Part shown: piece after piece, positions 26,632 through 35,591 of the stretch
How positions within the stretch are numbered: position 1 is the first letter of the stretch
Layout of the letters: each line of letters starts with the position of its first letter
Assembly (NCBI GenBank): GCA_947627785.1
Contig: CANQXC010000108.1
Span: forward strand, 1-36,307
Direction of reading: 5' to 3'
Length of the DNA stretch: 36,307 nucleotides
Source of the DNA: an uncultured Clostridia bacterium
GTDB lineage: Bacteria > Bacillota > Clostridia > TANB77 > CAG-508
Made by a program: the position numbers and the translations under genes
The notes under the pieces: generated by a model
Seen by the model: only the letters and a program-made list of their open reading frames with translations
Database searches by the model: none
What the model was told of the DNA's origin: nothing

Positions 26632-28125
26632 ATGAAAGAAAATCAAGGTTTAAAAATTTGTAATATACATGAAATATTTAAATATTTCATACTAATAGCA
26701 TATCTAATAGTAACAATTCTGTTTACAATTTCAATGGCAAGTAGAGGATATTTGAACTTTTTTATATTTCTATTTTCAACAATTGCTTTAATATTATCAA
26801 TTATATTAGTAAAAAAGAAAAAAATAAAAATTAATAGAAAAGTACTAATTATATTATTTATATTTGCAATTATATTAAGAATAAGTGTATTTACTTTAAT
26901 TTATCATAAACCATATATAAGTGATTATTCGTTTTTTTATGAAAATGCAACTAATTTTTCAAAAAACGGTGCACTTGATAGTAGATATATTTCTATATTT
27001 CCATACTTAATGCCTTATATAGCTATACTAGGAACATTTTTTAAAGTCTTTAATAGTAATAACTATTTATTAGTAGTCTTATTAAATACAATATTTGACT
27101 TGATAACAACAATTATTATGTATAAAATATTTAGTAAGAAAAATAAACAAAAAGGAATAATTGCTGCAATGTTGTGGTTAATAAACCCTATAAATATTGT
27201 TTGGACAACGATTTGTTGTCCAGTAGTTATAGTAAATTGTGGAATAACTTGTTCATTATATATTTTTGAAAAAATAAAGTATGTAATTACTGAAAATTAT
27301 AGCGTAATAAAGCTAATATTATTAAATTTACTATATGGAGTAGTATTAGGAGTTACAAATATTTTTAGACCAATTATAATTATTATGATTATTGCTACAT
27401 TTATGTATTACATATACGAAATTGTTTTCAATATAAAAAAACAAGTGAAAAGTATATTTGTAATTCTAGGATTTGCAATATCTATAAGTATATATATTAT
27501 AATCAATATTACTTCAAATGCTTTAATTTCTAAAACAATAGGAGCGAAAGTTTCAATAATGCCAGGTTGGACTCTGTATTTAGGAAGCAATGTAGAATAT
27601 AATGGAACATGGAACCAGGAATCAAGTAATGAATATGAAAAATTAAGAAATGACAAAAGCCTTTCAGCAGAGGGCATACAAAAAGTTCTAAAAGAAAAAG
27701 CGATAGATCAATATAAGAAAAATGGCATATCAAATGTTAAACTTTTTATAGAAAAATTTAAAGTATTAACAAATTTTGTAGCAGGATATGCATATTTTAA
27801 TTTAACATCAACTGCAACAATTAATAATATTATTTTATTTGTTGTTAGAGCATATTTAGAGGTTATGATGTTCGTAATAATTTTGCTTAATATTTATTCA
27901 TATAAATATACAATTAAAAACATGCAAAATTTCCAAAATATGCTAATATATATTTTAGCAGTGATAGGAATTATTTCTTCGCATTTACTGGTAGAAGTAA
28001 GTCCTAGATATATAATGCCAGTATTTCCAATGATTACAGTTATAGCTGCTATAACTATTTGTGAAATATTTAATGAAGAAAAGAATATAACTTATAATAA
28101 GGAAAATAAAGGAGGGAGTAAGTAA
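26632..28125 (+). CDS. Polytopic membrane protein, probable GT-C fold glycosyltransferase (GacL/YfhO/ArnT-like role)
   Basis: About 12 predicted TM helices with one larger hydrophilic loop (aa 300-370). It lies directly downstream of the Und-P-sugar synthase. The assignment rests on topology and context, not on a recognised motif. Confidence 0.5.
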   Translation: MKENQGLKICNIHEIFKYFILIAYLIVTILFTISMASRGYLNFFIFLFSTIALILSIILVKKKKIKINRKVLIILFIFAIILRISVFTLIYHKPYISDYSFFYENATNFSKNGALDSRYISIFPYLMPYIAILGTFFKVFNSNNYLLVVLLNTIFDLITTIIMYKIFSKKNKQKGIIAAMLWLINPINIVWTTICCPVVIVNCGITCSLYIFEKIKYVITENYSVIKLILLNLLYGVVLGVTNIFRPIIIIMIIATFMYYIYEIVFNIKKQVKSIFVILGFAISISIYIIINITSNALISKTIGAKVSIMPGWTLYLGSNVEYNGTWNQESSNEYEKLRNDKSLSAEGIQKVLKEKAIDQYKKNGISNVKLFIEKFKVLTNFVAGYAYFNLTSTATINNIILFVVRAYLEVMMFVIILLNIYSYKYTIKNMQNFQNMLIYILAVIGIISSHLLVEVSPRYIMPVFPMITVIAAITICEIFNEEKNITYNKENKGGSK

Positions 28126-28126
28126 G

Positions 28127-28441
28127 ATGAATCAACTAATAGCACTGTTATTGCCAAGTATAGTAAGTTTAAAAGTATATGATAAAATATATGGCGAGGA
28201 AAGAAACCTTAGTAAGAGAACAGAAAAATACCTAAGAAGCGTATTATTTGTAAATCTATTTTCATATATAATAACAATATATATTTTTAGAGTACAATAC
28301 TTTGTATTTAATAATCCATTTACAACTAAATATATAATCTTGGCAGTAGCAATAGCAATAATATTTCCAATAATAGAAAAGATAATAAATGACAATATAA
28401 GAATAGGAATAAAGGTGGAAAAAAATGAAGAAAAAGATTAA
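28127..28441 (+). CDS. Small (104-aa) membrane protein of unknown function
   Basis: Two to three hydrophobic helices. It starts 1 nt after the upstream stop and overlaps the downstream gene by 17 nt. There is no clear GtrA or DUF2304 signature. Confidence 0.5.
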   Translation: MNQLIALLLPSIVSLKVYDKIYGEERNLSKRTEKYLRSVLFVNLFSYIITIYIFRVQYFVFNNPFTTKYIILAVAIAIIFPIIEKIINDNIRIGIKVEKNEEKD

Positions 28442-29981
28442 AAATTTAATAGTATTTATCTTTTTACTATTATCATCAATAATGATAATTGGTTCAATAT
28501 ACTATCATAAAGAATATCCTAAACAGGATTTTGACCAATTATTATTTTATATATCAAATGGAGTAGAATATACAGCACCAAGTGTTGTAAATAATGTAAT
28601 ATTTTCATGTATAATACCAATAATATTATTATGCTTAATTTTAGTTGCATTTACAATAAAAAATACAAGAAGAAATACATATTTAATACTAAAAATAAGA
28701 AGGAAGGAAATGAAAATACAATTATATCCAATAAAAATTATAGCAAACCATAGAGTAAAATACACAATATCAGTTGTTATAATAGCGATAATATTTGTTA
28801 TTTTTAGTTTTAAGATAGACCAGTATGTAATAAATAAAATAGAGCCAACTTATCTTTATGATAAGTATTATGTAAATGGAGAGAATGTAAATATAACATT
28901 TCCAGAAAAAAAGAGAAATTTAATAATGATAGTTGTAGAAAGTTTAGAAAATACAGTATTGAGTAAGGCAAATGGTGGAGCATGGGAATATTCAATAGTG
29001 CCAGAACTAGAGCAAATAGCTATTGAGAATACAAGTTTTTCAAATAATGAGCATATAGGTGGAGCCTATGAAGCATATGGAGCCAATTTCTCAGCAGGAG
29101 GAAACGTAGCAATAACAGCAGGAATTCCTTTAAAAACAATAGATATATTAAAAGACAAAAATGATTATAGGGGAAATGGAAAATTTGTTGCAGGTGCATA
29201 TGCATTAGGAGAAATTTTACAAAAAGAAGGATACAATTTGGAAATAATGATGGGTTCAGAAGCAACATTTGGAGGACGACAACAATATTATTCAACAAAT
29301 GGAAATTATAAAATATTTGACGTAAATTATGCGATAGAGCATGGAAAAATGAAAACAGAAGATAAAGTATGGTGGGGGTTTGAAGATGATAAGTTATATA
29401 AATGGTCAAAAGAAGAAATAACAAACTTAGCGAGCAAAGGAAAGCCGTTTAATTATATAATGCTTACAGCAGATACACATTTCACAGATGGATATTTAAG
29501 TCCAAATGCGGAAAATAAATTTGAAACTCAATATGAAAATGTATATGCATACTCATCAAAATCAATTAATGAATTTGTGGAATGGATAAAAGCACAAGAA
29601 TTCTATGAGAATACAACAATAGTTATCGTAGGAGACCATTTAGGTATGCAAGTAGAATTTTACGAATCAAGAACAAATAAAGATTATGAAAGAACGATAT
29701 ATAATGCTATAATAAATCCATGTGTAGAAACAAAAAATAATAAAAATAGAATATTTACATCAATGGACTTATATCCAACAATACTTGCAAGTATTGGAGT
29801 TCAAATAGAAGGTGAACGTATAGGATTAGGAACGAATCTTTATTCAGATGTTCCAACACTTGCAGAAGAATTAGGATTTGAATATTTAAACAATGAGATA
29901 AAGAAAAATTCAACATTTTATAATGAAAAAATTTTGGGTGAAGATTATTATGTAATGAGAAATCAAGACAAAAATAATTAA
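28425..29981 (+). CDS. LtaS-family (sulfatase-fold) membrane phosphotransferase, GacH-like candidate glycerol-phosphate transferase
   Basis: N-terminal TM helices plus an extracytoplasmic alkaline-phosphatase-superfamily domain (LIMIVVESLEN, LTADTHF, IVIVGDHLG). Confidence 0.72.
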   Translation: MKKKIKNLIVFIFLLLSSIMIIGSIYYHKEYPKQDFDQLLFYISNGVEYTAPSVVNNVIFSCIIPIILLCLILVAFTIKNTRRNTYLILKIRRKEMKIQLYPIKIIANHRVKYTISVVIIAIIFVIFSFKIDQYVINKIEPTYLYDKYYVNGENVNITFPEKKRNLIMIVVESLENTVLSKANGGAWEYSIVPELEQIAIENTSFSNNEHIGGAYEAYGANFSAGGNVAITAGIPLKTIDILKDKNDYRGNGKFVAGAYALGEILQKEGYNLEIMMGSEATFGGRQQYYSTNGNYKIFDVNYAIEHGKMKTEDKVWWGFEDDKLYKWSKEEITNLASKGKPFNYIMLTADTHFTDGYLSPNAENKFETQYENVYAYSSKSINEFVEWIKAQEFYENTTIVIVGDHLGMQVEFYESRTNKDYERTIYNAIINPCVETKNNKNRIFTSMDLYPTILASIGVQIEGERIGLGTNLYSDVPTLAEELGFEYLNNEIKKNSTFYNEKILGEDYYVMRNQDKNN

Positions 29982-30129
29982 TATATAAATTTAAAAATAA
30001 AGGTAAATAAGCTATATGTTTTAATATTTCTAAATGAGAAATAATACTAATTTAAAAAAATAAATTAATCATATAGCTTTTATCTTAAAAGTAATTCAGA
30101 GAATTTATATAAAAGGAGATGTAAGTTAA

Positions 30130-31101
30130 ATGAAAAAAATAACTATAATAATTCCAGCATATAATGAAGAAGCAACAATATATAAACTATACGCAAGACT
30201 AAGCAATGTAGTAAATCAAATAAAATATTATGAATTTGAGATACTATTTATAAATGATGGAAGTAAAGATAAAACAAGAGAAATGTTAAAAGAATTAAGA
30301 AATAAAGATAATAGAGTTTCATATCTAAACTTTTCTAGAAATTTTGGAAAAGAAGTCGCAATGATTGCTGGAATGGATTATTCAACAGGAGATGCAGTAG
30401 TTTTTATGGATGCTGACTTACAAGACCCACCAGAATTAATACCAGAATTAATAAAATATTGGGAAGAAGGATATGATGATGTATATGCCAGAAGGAGAAG
30501 TAGAAAAGGAGAAACATTCTTAAAAAAATTTACATCAAAAATGTACTATAAAGTGTTACAAAGTTTAACTAGAGTTGAAATACAGAAAGATACAGGAGAT
30601 TTTAGATTATTAGATAGAAGATGTATAAATGCATTGAAAAGAATGAGAGAATCACAAAGATGTTCAAAAAGCATGTTTAGTTGGATAGGTTATAAGAAAA
30701 AAGAAGTATTGTTTGATAGAGATCCTAGAATAGCTGGAACTACTAAATGGAACTATAAAAAACTAATGGATTTGGCAATAGATGGTATAACTTCTTTTAC
30801 AACTTCACCATTAAGGCTATCAACATATCTAAGCATACCAACATTTATGATGCTATTTGTGTACTTGGTGTATGTAATAGCAAAATGTTTAACTTATGAT
30901 GTTCCATTACAGGCATTTCAAGCACTCATATTAATATGTTTATTCTTTTTTGGAACTATTATATTGTTAATAGGAATTATAGGAGAATATTTAGGAAGAA
31001 TATTTAATGAAACAAAAAATAGACCATTATATTTTGTTGATGATTACAATGGAGAAAGAGAAACAAATGATGAAAAAGCAAAAAAAATACAAGAAATATA
31101 A
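30130..31101 (+). CDS. Second GT2 polyprenyl-phosphate sugar synthase (GtrB/CsbB/GacI-like paralog)
   Basis: ITIIIPAYNE...FINDGSKD...FSRNFGKE.A..AG......GDAVVFMDADLQDPPELIPEL, GDFRLLDR, and two C-terminal TM helices. It has its own RBS after a 148-nt gap. Confidence 0.8.
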   Translation: MKKITIIIPAYNEEATIYKLYARLSNVVNQIKYYEFEILFINDGSKDKTREMLKELRNKDNRVSYLNFSRNFGKEVAMIAGMDYSTGDAVVFMDADLQDPPELIPELIKYWEEGYDDVYARRRSRKGETFLKKFTSKMYYKVLQSLTRVEIQKDTGDFRLLDRRCINALKRMRESQRCSKSMFSWIGYKKKEVLFDRDPRIAGTTKWNYKKLMDLAIDGITSFTTSPLRLSTYLSIPTFMMLFVYLVYVIAKCLTYDVPLQAFQALILICLFFFGTIILLIGIIGEYLGRIFNETKNRPLYFVDDYNGERETNDEKAKKIQEI

Positions 31102-31166
31102 AACTACCCGCTAACGTAAATCAAAGCTTTGTGGGTGAATACTTGAGAAGCTTGTTGTTACAGAAT

Positions 31167-31237
31167 AAAAAAAGAGAGGTATATATGTGAAGTGAACGAT
31201 AGGGGGTTCATTTCAATATGTACGCTCTCTTTTGTTT
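31167..31237. terminator. Long bidirectional terminator hairpin between convergent genes
   Basis: AAAAAAAGAGAGGTATATATGTGAAGTGAAC...GTTCATTTCAATATGTACGCTCTCTTTTG, with an A run on the left and a T-rich stretch on the right. Confidence 0.55.
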
Positions 31238-31269
31238 ATTTAATGTAAAGTAACGAAGCTAGTTTAAAT

Positions 31270-32895
31270 TTAGGAGCAATCTTTCATTGTGCTAGAGGGT
31301 GAGTTTTTTATTAACAAACAAAAAGCTAAAGTAAAATAAATAGTAAAGCTTAAAGAATTTAATAAATTACCAGACATATAAGCAATTCCAAATAAAAATA
31401 CAATTGTAATAGCTGCTAATAAATTTATAATATTTAAATTCTTAAACTTTTTGTTATTTAAGTTGGTGTCTGCATTAGCAAATAAGCCTTGTTTATGTAA
31501 AAATATAAAATATTTATAAACAAATATTCCAAGAAGAATAAAATATGGGGCAAAAACTAATATTGTTCCAATAATACCAAGAGCATAATATTGCACAACA
31601 AAATCTCTTTCAATATTAAAAATATTTTGTAATCTAACATTTGTAATTCCGAAAAATATATCCATAGGATTATTATTAATTTCAACAACTCTTTTTATAA
31701 TGGAAGTTTCAATGTATCTATAATCGGTAGTTAAAGAAATATCGTTTTGTAAGAAATTATACCAAAATTCAGGGTCATATTTGTAAGGATAATTTATAAA
31801 CAAGAATTGTTCGTTTAATTGTTTAGGTTCATAATTTTCTTCAATAAAATTAATCATGTAATCATAAGACGTATTATTAGAAGTGGCTGAATTTTCAGGT
31901 GGTAAAGGTGTGTTTAAATCTACACTACTTTCATTTTTTATGTTTAAATCTACATCTTCACTTACGGAATTTATTATTTCTTGTTCATTATAAGAATCTG
32001 TTGAATTTTTACCAAAGTTTTCTATAACAGTTGCACGCTCATTTAATCTGTTAAACATTGGATTAATTGGCAATAGTAAACTATAAATTAACAATATAAT
32101 ACCAATAGGTATATATTTTTTAATTTTACAAGATTGTTTTTTAATTAGCCCAATAAATACAAAGGCAAATATAGTATAAACAAAAACTATTACTATGCCA
32201 AAAACAGAAACTCTAGTGCATAATAGAATAAGTGCAAAAACATTAAAAAGGACAATAGTCCAATTTTTCAAATTAACGTGTTGTATATATGAATAAATCA
32301 TAAAAGGTAAGAACATAATTAAAATTGCACCAATTTGGTTTCCAAATTCAAATAGACCTTTAGAAGCTAAATCCATGTATGTATAAGAAGAGGTAGGATT
32401 AAACCATTCAAAGAAATTAGCTTTAATTTTAACATCACTATAATTACCATAAGAAAATCCGAGTAAATTACTAACGATAATTAATAAACTAATAATAATA
32501 CATAGATACTTCATAATTCTAATAATATCATAACTAGAAATTTTTGATTTATATAGGCAATATATTAATAAAAAAGGTGATATCATTTTAACAAAATATA
32601 AAGCTTCTTTAAGAATAGAATAATTAAAATCTCCAGGAACTAAAGAATTAAAAGAAGAAGCATTTATATGATGAAAAATAAAATATACAACGAGTAATAA
32701 AGGATAAATTAATAAATAATACTTGTTTTTATTTTTGCTAGTAAAAAAATAGTATGCAAATAGGGCAGATATTATAATAACTCTAATCAAAGTAGATATA
32801 GAGTTATAAAAAATTTTTATATCAAATATTGGTTGTATTATTAAAAATATAATTAATATTTTATTTATTATATTATTTATTTTTAGTTGTTTCAT
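31270..32895 (-). CDS. O-antigen ligase/polymerase-like (Wzy_C/WaaL-family) polytopic membrane protein
   Basis: At least 10 TM helices. The segment KGLFEFGNQIGAILIMFLPF......(TM)...LLCTRVSVFGIV resembles the Wzy_C core. A large hydrophilic loop spans aa 290-420. I prefer the ATG at 32895 (GGAG RBS), which overlaps the tagO stop by 23 nt. Confidence 0.55.
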   Translation of the reverse strand: MKQLKINNIINKILIIFLIIQPIFDIKIFYNSISTLIRVIIISALFAYYFFTSKNKNKYYLLIYPLLLVVYFIFHHINASSFNSLVPGDFNYSILKEALYFVKMISPFLLIYCLYKSKISSYDIIRIMKYLCIIISLLIIVSNLLGFSYGNYSDVKIKANFFEWFNPTSSYTYMDLASKGLFEFGNQIGAILIMFLPFMIYSYIQHVNLKNWTIVLFNVFALILLCTRVSVFGIVIVFVYTIFAFVFIGLIKKQSCKIKKYIPIGIILLIYSLLLPINPMFNRLNERATVIENFGKNSTDSYNEQEIINSVSEDVDLNIKNESSVDLNTPLPPENSATSNNTSYDYMINFIEENYEPKQLNEQFLFINYPYKYDPEFWYNFLQNDISLTTDYRYIETSIIKRVVEINNNPMDIFFGITNVRLQNIFNIERDFVVQYYALGIIGTILVFAPYFILLGIFVYKYFIFLHKQGLFANADTNLNNKKFKNLNIINLLAAITIVFLFGIAYMSGNLLNSLSFTIYFTLAFCLLIKNSPSSTMKDCS

Positions 32896-33973
32896 CAGAA
32901 TAATCTCCAATTCTTAAAAAATCTTTATATCCAATAGCGGCAATAGCAATGACCATTAGAGCAAATGATAGTGCTTTCCATAAACCACTATCTAAAAGAA
33001 TAATAGCAAACATACCAAAAGTAGCACTAATTCCATATAAAATTAAAACAGCTTGTTTTTGAGTATAACCTTTTTTCATGATTTTATGGTGTAAATGCTC
33101 CTTATCAGCTTTAAAAACTCCCTTGATAGATTTAGTTTTTACAATCCTTCTACATATAGCAAGAGATGTATCTAATAAAGGTAATGCAAAAACAATAAGA
33201 GGTGCAACTATAACAATTGCAGTATAGGTTTTAGCCATACCCAAAATAGAGATAATAGATAAAGAAAAACCTAAAAAGTTTGAACCAGTATCTCCAATAA
33301 AAGTTTTAGCAGGATTAAAATTATATGGTAGGAAGCCTAAAATACTACCAGCAAGTGCTGTTATTAATAGGATTGATATAAGAGGAGAATCATTTAAAGC
33401 AAATATAATAACTAATGAAACACAAGAAATTAGTGAAACACCACTAGATAATCCATCTAATCCATCAATTAAGTTAATTGCATTTGTAATACCAACAATC
33501 CATATAACTGTAATAGTTATTGAAAATATTTCTTCAGTAAAAACAGTATCAAAGTATGGGATAGATATCTTATCAATTAAAATACCGGATTTTGCTACTA
33601 TCAATGCAGCAACAATTTGCCCAAATAATTTAACAAAGGGATTAATGTTCTTCCAATCGTCCATAAAACAGAATAAAGCAAGAACAATAACGCCAAGAAA
33701 AAATCCTATCAATTTAATATAATATTGATCTGTGCCAAATAAATATATAGTATTTTCTATGGACATTACAATTAATAAATAGATAACAGAAACTCCAAAA
33801 CCAGCAATAACTGCAATACCGCCAAGTCTTGGCATAGGTTTATCATGTATTTTTCTAGATTCTTTTGGAATGTCCATTGCTCCAATTTTTCTTGCAAATC
33901 TTATTGTATAAGGTGTAATAACATAAGCTGTAATAAAGGCTAAAAGAAATGCAACTGCTATATCTCCCCACAT
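32873..33973 (-). CDS. tagO: Undecaprenyl-phosphate GlcNAc-1-phosphate transferase (TagO/WecA, MraY family)
   Basis: DIPKESRKIHDKPMPRLGG, NAINLIDGLDGLSSG, FIGDTGSNFLGF, HLHH. I prefer the ATG at 33973 (AAAGGAG RBS 7 nt upstream) over 33991. Confidence 0.9.
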   Translation of the reverse strand: MWGDIAVAFLLAFITAYVITPYTIRFARKIGAMDIPKESRKIHDKPMPRLGGIAVIAGFGVSVIYLLIVMSIENTIYLFGTDQYYIKLIGFFLGVIVLALFCFMDDWKNINPFVKLFGQIVAALIVAKSGILIDKISIPYFDTVFTEEIFSITITVIWIVGITNAINLIDGLDGLSSGVSLISCVSLVIIFALNDSPLISILLITALAGSILGFLPYNFNPAKTFIGDTGSNFLGFSLSIISILGMAKTYTAIVIVAPLIVFALPLLDTSLAICRRIVKTKSIKGVFKADKEHLHHKIMKKGYTQKQAVLILYGISATFGMFAIILLDSGLWKALSFALMVIAIAAIGYKDFLRIGDYSDETTKNK

Positions 33974-34023
33974 ATAAATGCTCCTTTTCATATATCAACT
34001 ATTTTAATTTTTCACTATTTATA

Positions 34024-34052
34024 ATTGTATATTCAAAAGCCTAATTTGTCAA
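34024..34052 (-). promoter_or_regulatory. sigmaA-type promoter of tagO
   Basis: On the minus strand: TTGACA, 17-nt spacer, TACAAT. The -35 element overlaps the stop codon of the upstream 94-aa ORF. Confidence 0.6.
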
Positions 34053-34333
34053 TCTTTTCCATAAAAATAAACCTTACTATTTTTAATAAATTTTATAATA
34101 TATGATAAAACATATAAAATATTTTCATTATTAAATCCAAAAAAACTAAAGAGTAAAAGAGGAAAACATAAAGTTATAAATAATCCTATTTTAATATTAA
34201 TGGTAATAGGGAAAATATTAATAAGAATTAAAATAAATAATGCCCAAATTATATTAAAAACAGCTGTTGAATAATCCATAAAGCCAAATAATTTATTTTT
34301 AAAAGCATAATTTTGTGGAATAATAAATTTCAT
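34049..34333 (-). CDS. Small two-TM membrane protein, possibly a VirB3/PrgI/TcpE-like T4SS component
   Basis: 94 aa with a hairpin of two hydrophobic helices after a short polar N-terminus, a strong AGGAGG RBS, and a position after VirB6-like and VirB2-like ORFs. The assignment is from context only. Confidence 0.35.
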   Translation of the reverse strand: MKFIIPQNYAFKNKLFGFMDYSTAVFNIIWALFILILINIFPITINIKIGLFITLCFPLLLFSFFGFNNENILYVLSYIIKFIKNSKVYFYGKD

Positions 34334-34348
34334 AATAAACCTCCTATT

Positions 34349-35167
34349 CTAAAATTTACTCTTAAAAATAGCAAGCATATTAGGATAAGTTACTTGAGTT
34401 TCAGTAGAAAAACTACCAATAAATTCTTTCAAGAAAGAGTTTGCTTTAAAAAGAGTATATATCATACCGATATTTAGAATGTTAGATGGTAAGATTTCAT
34501 TTTTGTCATCAACCACAAAGCAAATAAGTAAAATAATAGCAACGAAAACTTGTAAAAAAAGAAGAGATAAGAAATATTTAAACCATGCTTTAAAAAATAA
34601 ACTTGTTTTAGTACTAGATAAACAGAGAAATGCAAAAGGTGCAAGTACTAATAACACTTTTATAAGAATATATCTTATAGCATAAGATATTGTAAGACTT
34701 AAAAAGCCAAATGTAGTAGAGGTTTTTATCAAACCGTCAAAGCTAAATAAGCTATATGAGTCGGATACAAAATAAGTACTAGGTAATACATCCTCTATAA
34801 AACTAGCAAAAGAAATGTCATATTCAAATAAATAATTTCCAAGTTCGCAAATCATATTAGAAATATGAGAAAATATAAAAATCAAACTGGAACAAATAGT
34901 TTGGCTAGCATTTAATGCAATAGCGCAAAGTAATAATTTAAAAATAAATTGAAAGGGTCGTTCAACTTGAGCAAAAGTAAGATGAGAGAGTAAGTAAGAA
35001 ATTGCATAATAAATTAAGAAACCATAAATAAGAGAATTACAAATTAAATTAATGCCACTGTAAGAGTTATTTCCAACAACATATGTTACAGTATTAGTTA
35101 TTCTAGTATCTACAAAAACAAGTTTATCTAACCATTCAAGTATATTCTCATTTACAGAAGAAAGCAA
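34349..35167 (-). CDS. Polytopic membrane protein, possibly a VirB6/TrbL-like T4SS channel component (start uncertain)
   Basis: About six TM helices, located within the T4SS-like gene string. The only in-frame start is a TTG with no visible RBS. Confidence 0.4.
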   Translation of the reverse strand: MLSSVNENILEWLDKLVFVDTRITNTVTYVVGNNSYSGINLICNSLIYGFLIYYAISYLLSHLTFAQVERPFQFIFKLLLCAIALNASQTICSSLIFIFSHISNMICELGNYLFEYDISFASFIEDVLPSTYFVSDSYSLFSFDGLIKTSTTFGFLSLTISYAIRYILIKVLLVLAPFAFLCLSSTKTSLFFKAWFKYFLSLLFLQVFVAIILLICFVVDDKNEILPSNILNIGMIYTLFKANSFLKEFIGSFSTETQVTYPNMLAIFKSKF

Positions 35168-35232
35168 ATTAGAAAGAATATTATTTATAGAAAAAGTTAA
35201 AGAACTAGTAATATTAACATCATTTATTTAAA

Positions 35233-35574
35233 TCACCCCTCTTCGGTTTTGGTAACAAGCAATTGAATTGCTGATAGAATTAAATCAATACAAAGAATAA
35301 AAGCATAAGAAAATAAACTACCACGAATAATTCTTTTTCCAGTTCTAATTTTTTCTTCATCGCCGAAACTAAATTTTTTCATAAAAACACCAGAACCAAC
35401 AGCAACAGCTGCTGCAGGTGTTGCAATTCTCATAAGCCATGTTTCAATTGTTTCAAAAGCATTAGTTATAGTAGTTACAAGCTTTGGATATGCACCATAA
35501 CTAAGAGTGCATAGACAATTTAAGATTACGAAAGATAAATATATAATATAAATTGAATAATAAATTTTTTTCAT
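35233..35574 (-). CDS. TrbC/VirB2-like pilin-type small membrane protein
   Basis: Signal peptide (MKKIYYSIYIIYLSFVILNCLCTLSYGA) followed by two hydrophobic helices separated by a basic loop, which is the VirB2/TrbC architecture. The ATG at 35574 follows a GGAGG RBS. Confidence 0.45.
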   Translation of the reverse strand: MKKIYYSIYIIYLSFVILNCLCTLSYGAYPKLVTTITNAFETIETWLMRIATPAAAVAVGSGVFMKKFSFGDEEKIRTGKRIIRGSLFSYAFILCIDLILSAIQLLVTKTEEG

Positions 35575-35591
35575 AAAGACCTCCATATAAA

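Noticed and set aside
30009-30079. A 10-bp inverted repeat (AAGCTATATG/CATATAGCTT) with a 51-nt spacer between the LtaS-like gene and the second GtrB-like gene.
   Set aside because: The arms are short and AT-rich with a large loop, and the T tract is weak. It may be a poor terminator, but the evidence is too thin for a feature call.
161-31140. The idea that the two related hairpins (170-211 and 31102-31140) are attL/attR sites bounding a 31-kb island.
   Set aside because: The copies are inverted rather than direct and are diverged. The interval contains core genes (dnaX, recR, sleB-ypeB), and no integrase is present.
34319-34352. An apparent 1-nt discrepancy in my hand count around the start of the 94-aa ORF and the stop of the 272-aa ORF, which would imply frame breaks.
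   Set aside because: The supplied ORF track gives intact frames with consistent coordinates on both sides. I attribute the mismatch to my own miscounting of A/T runs and use the track coordinates.
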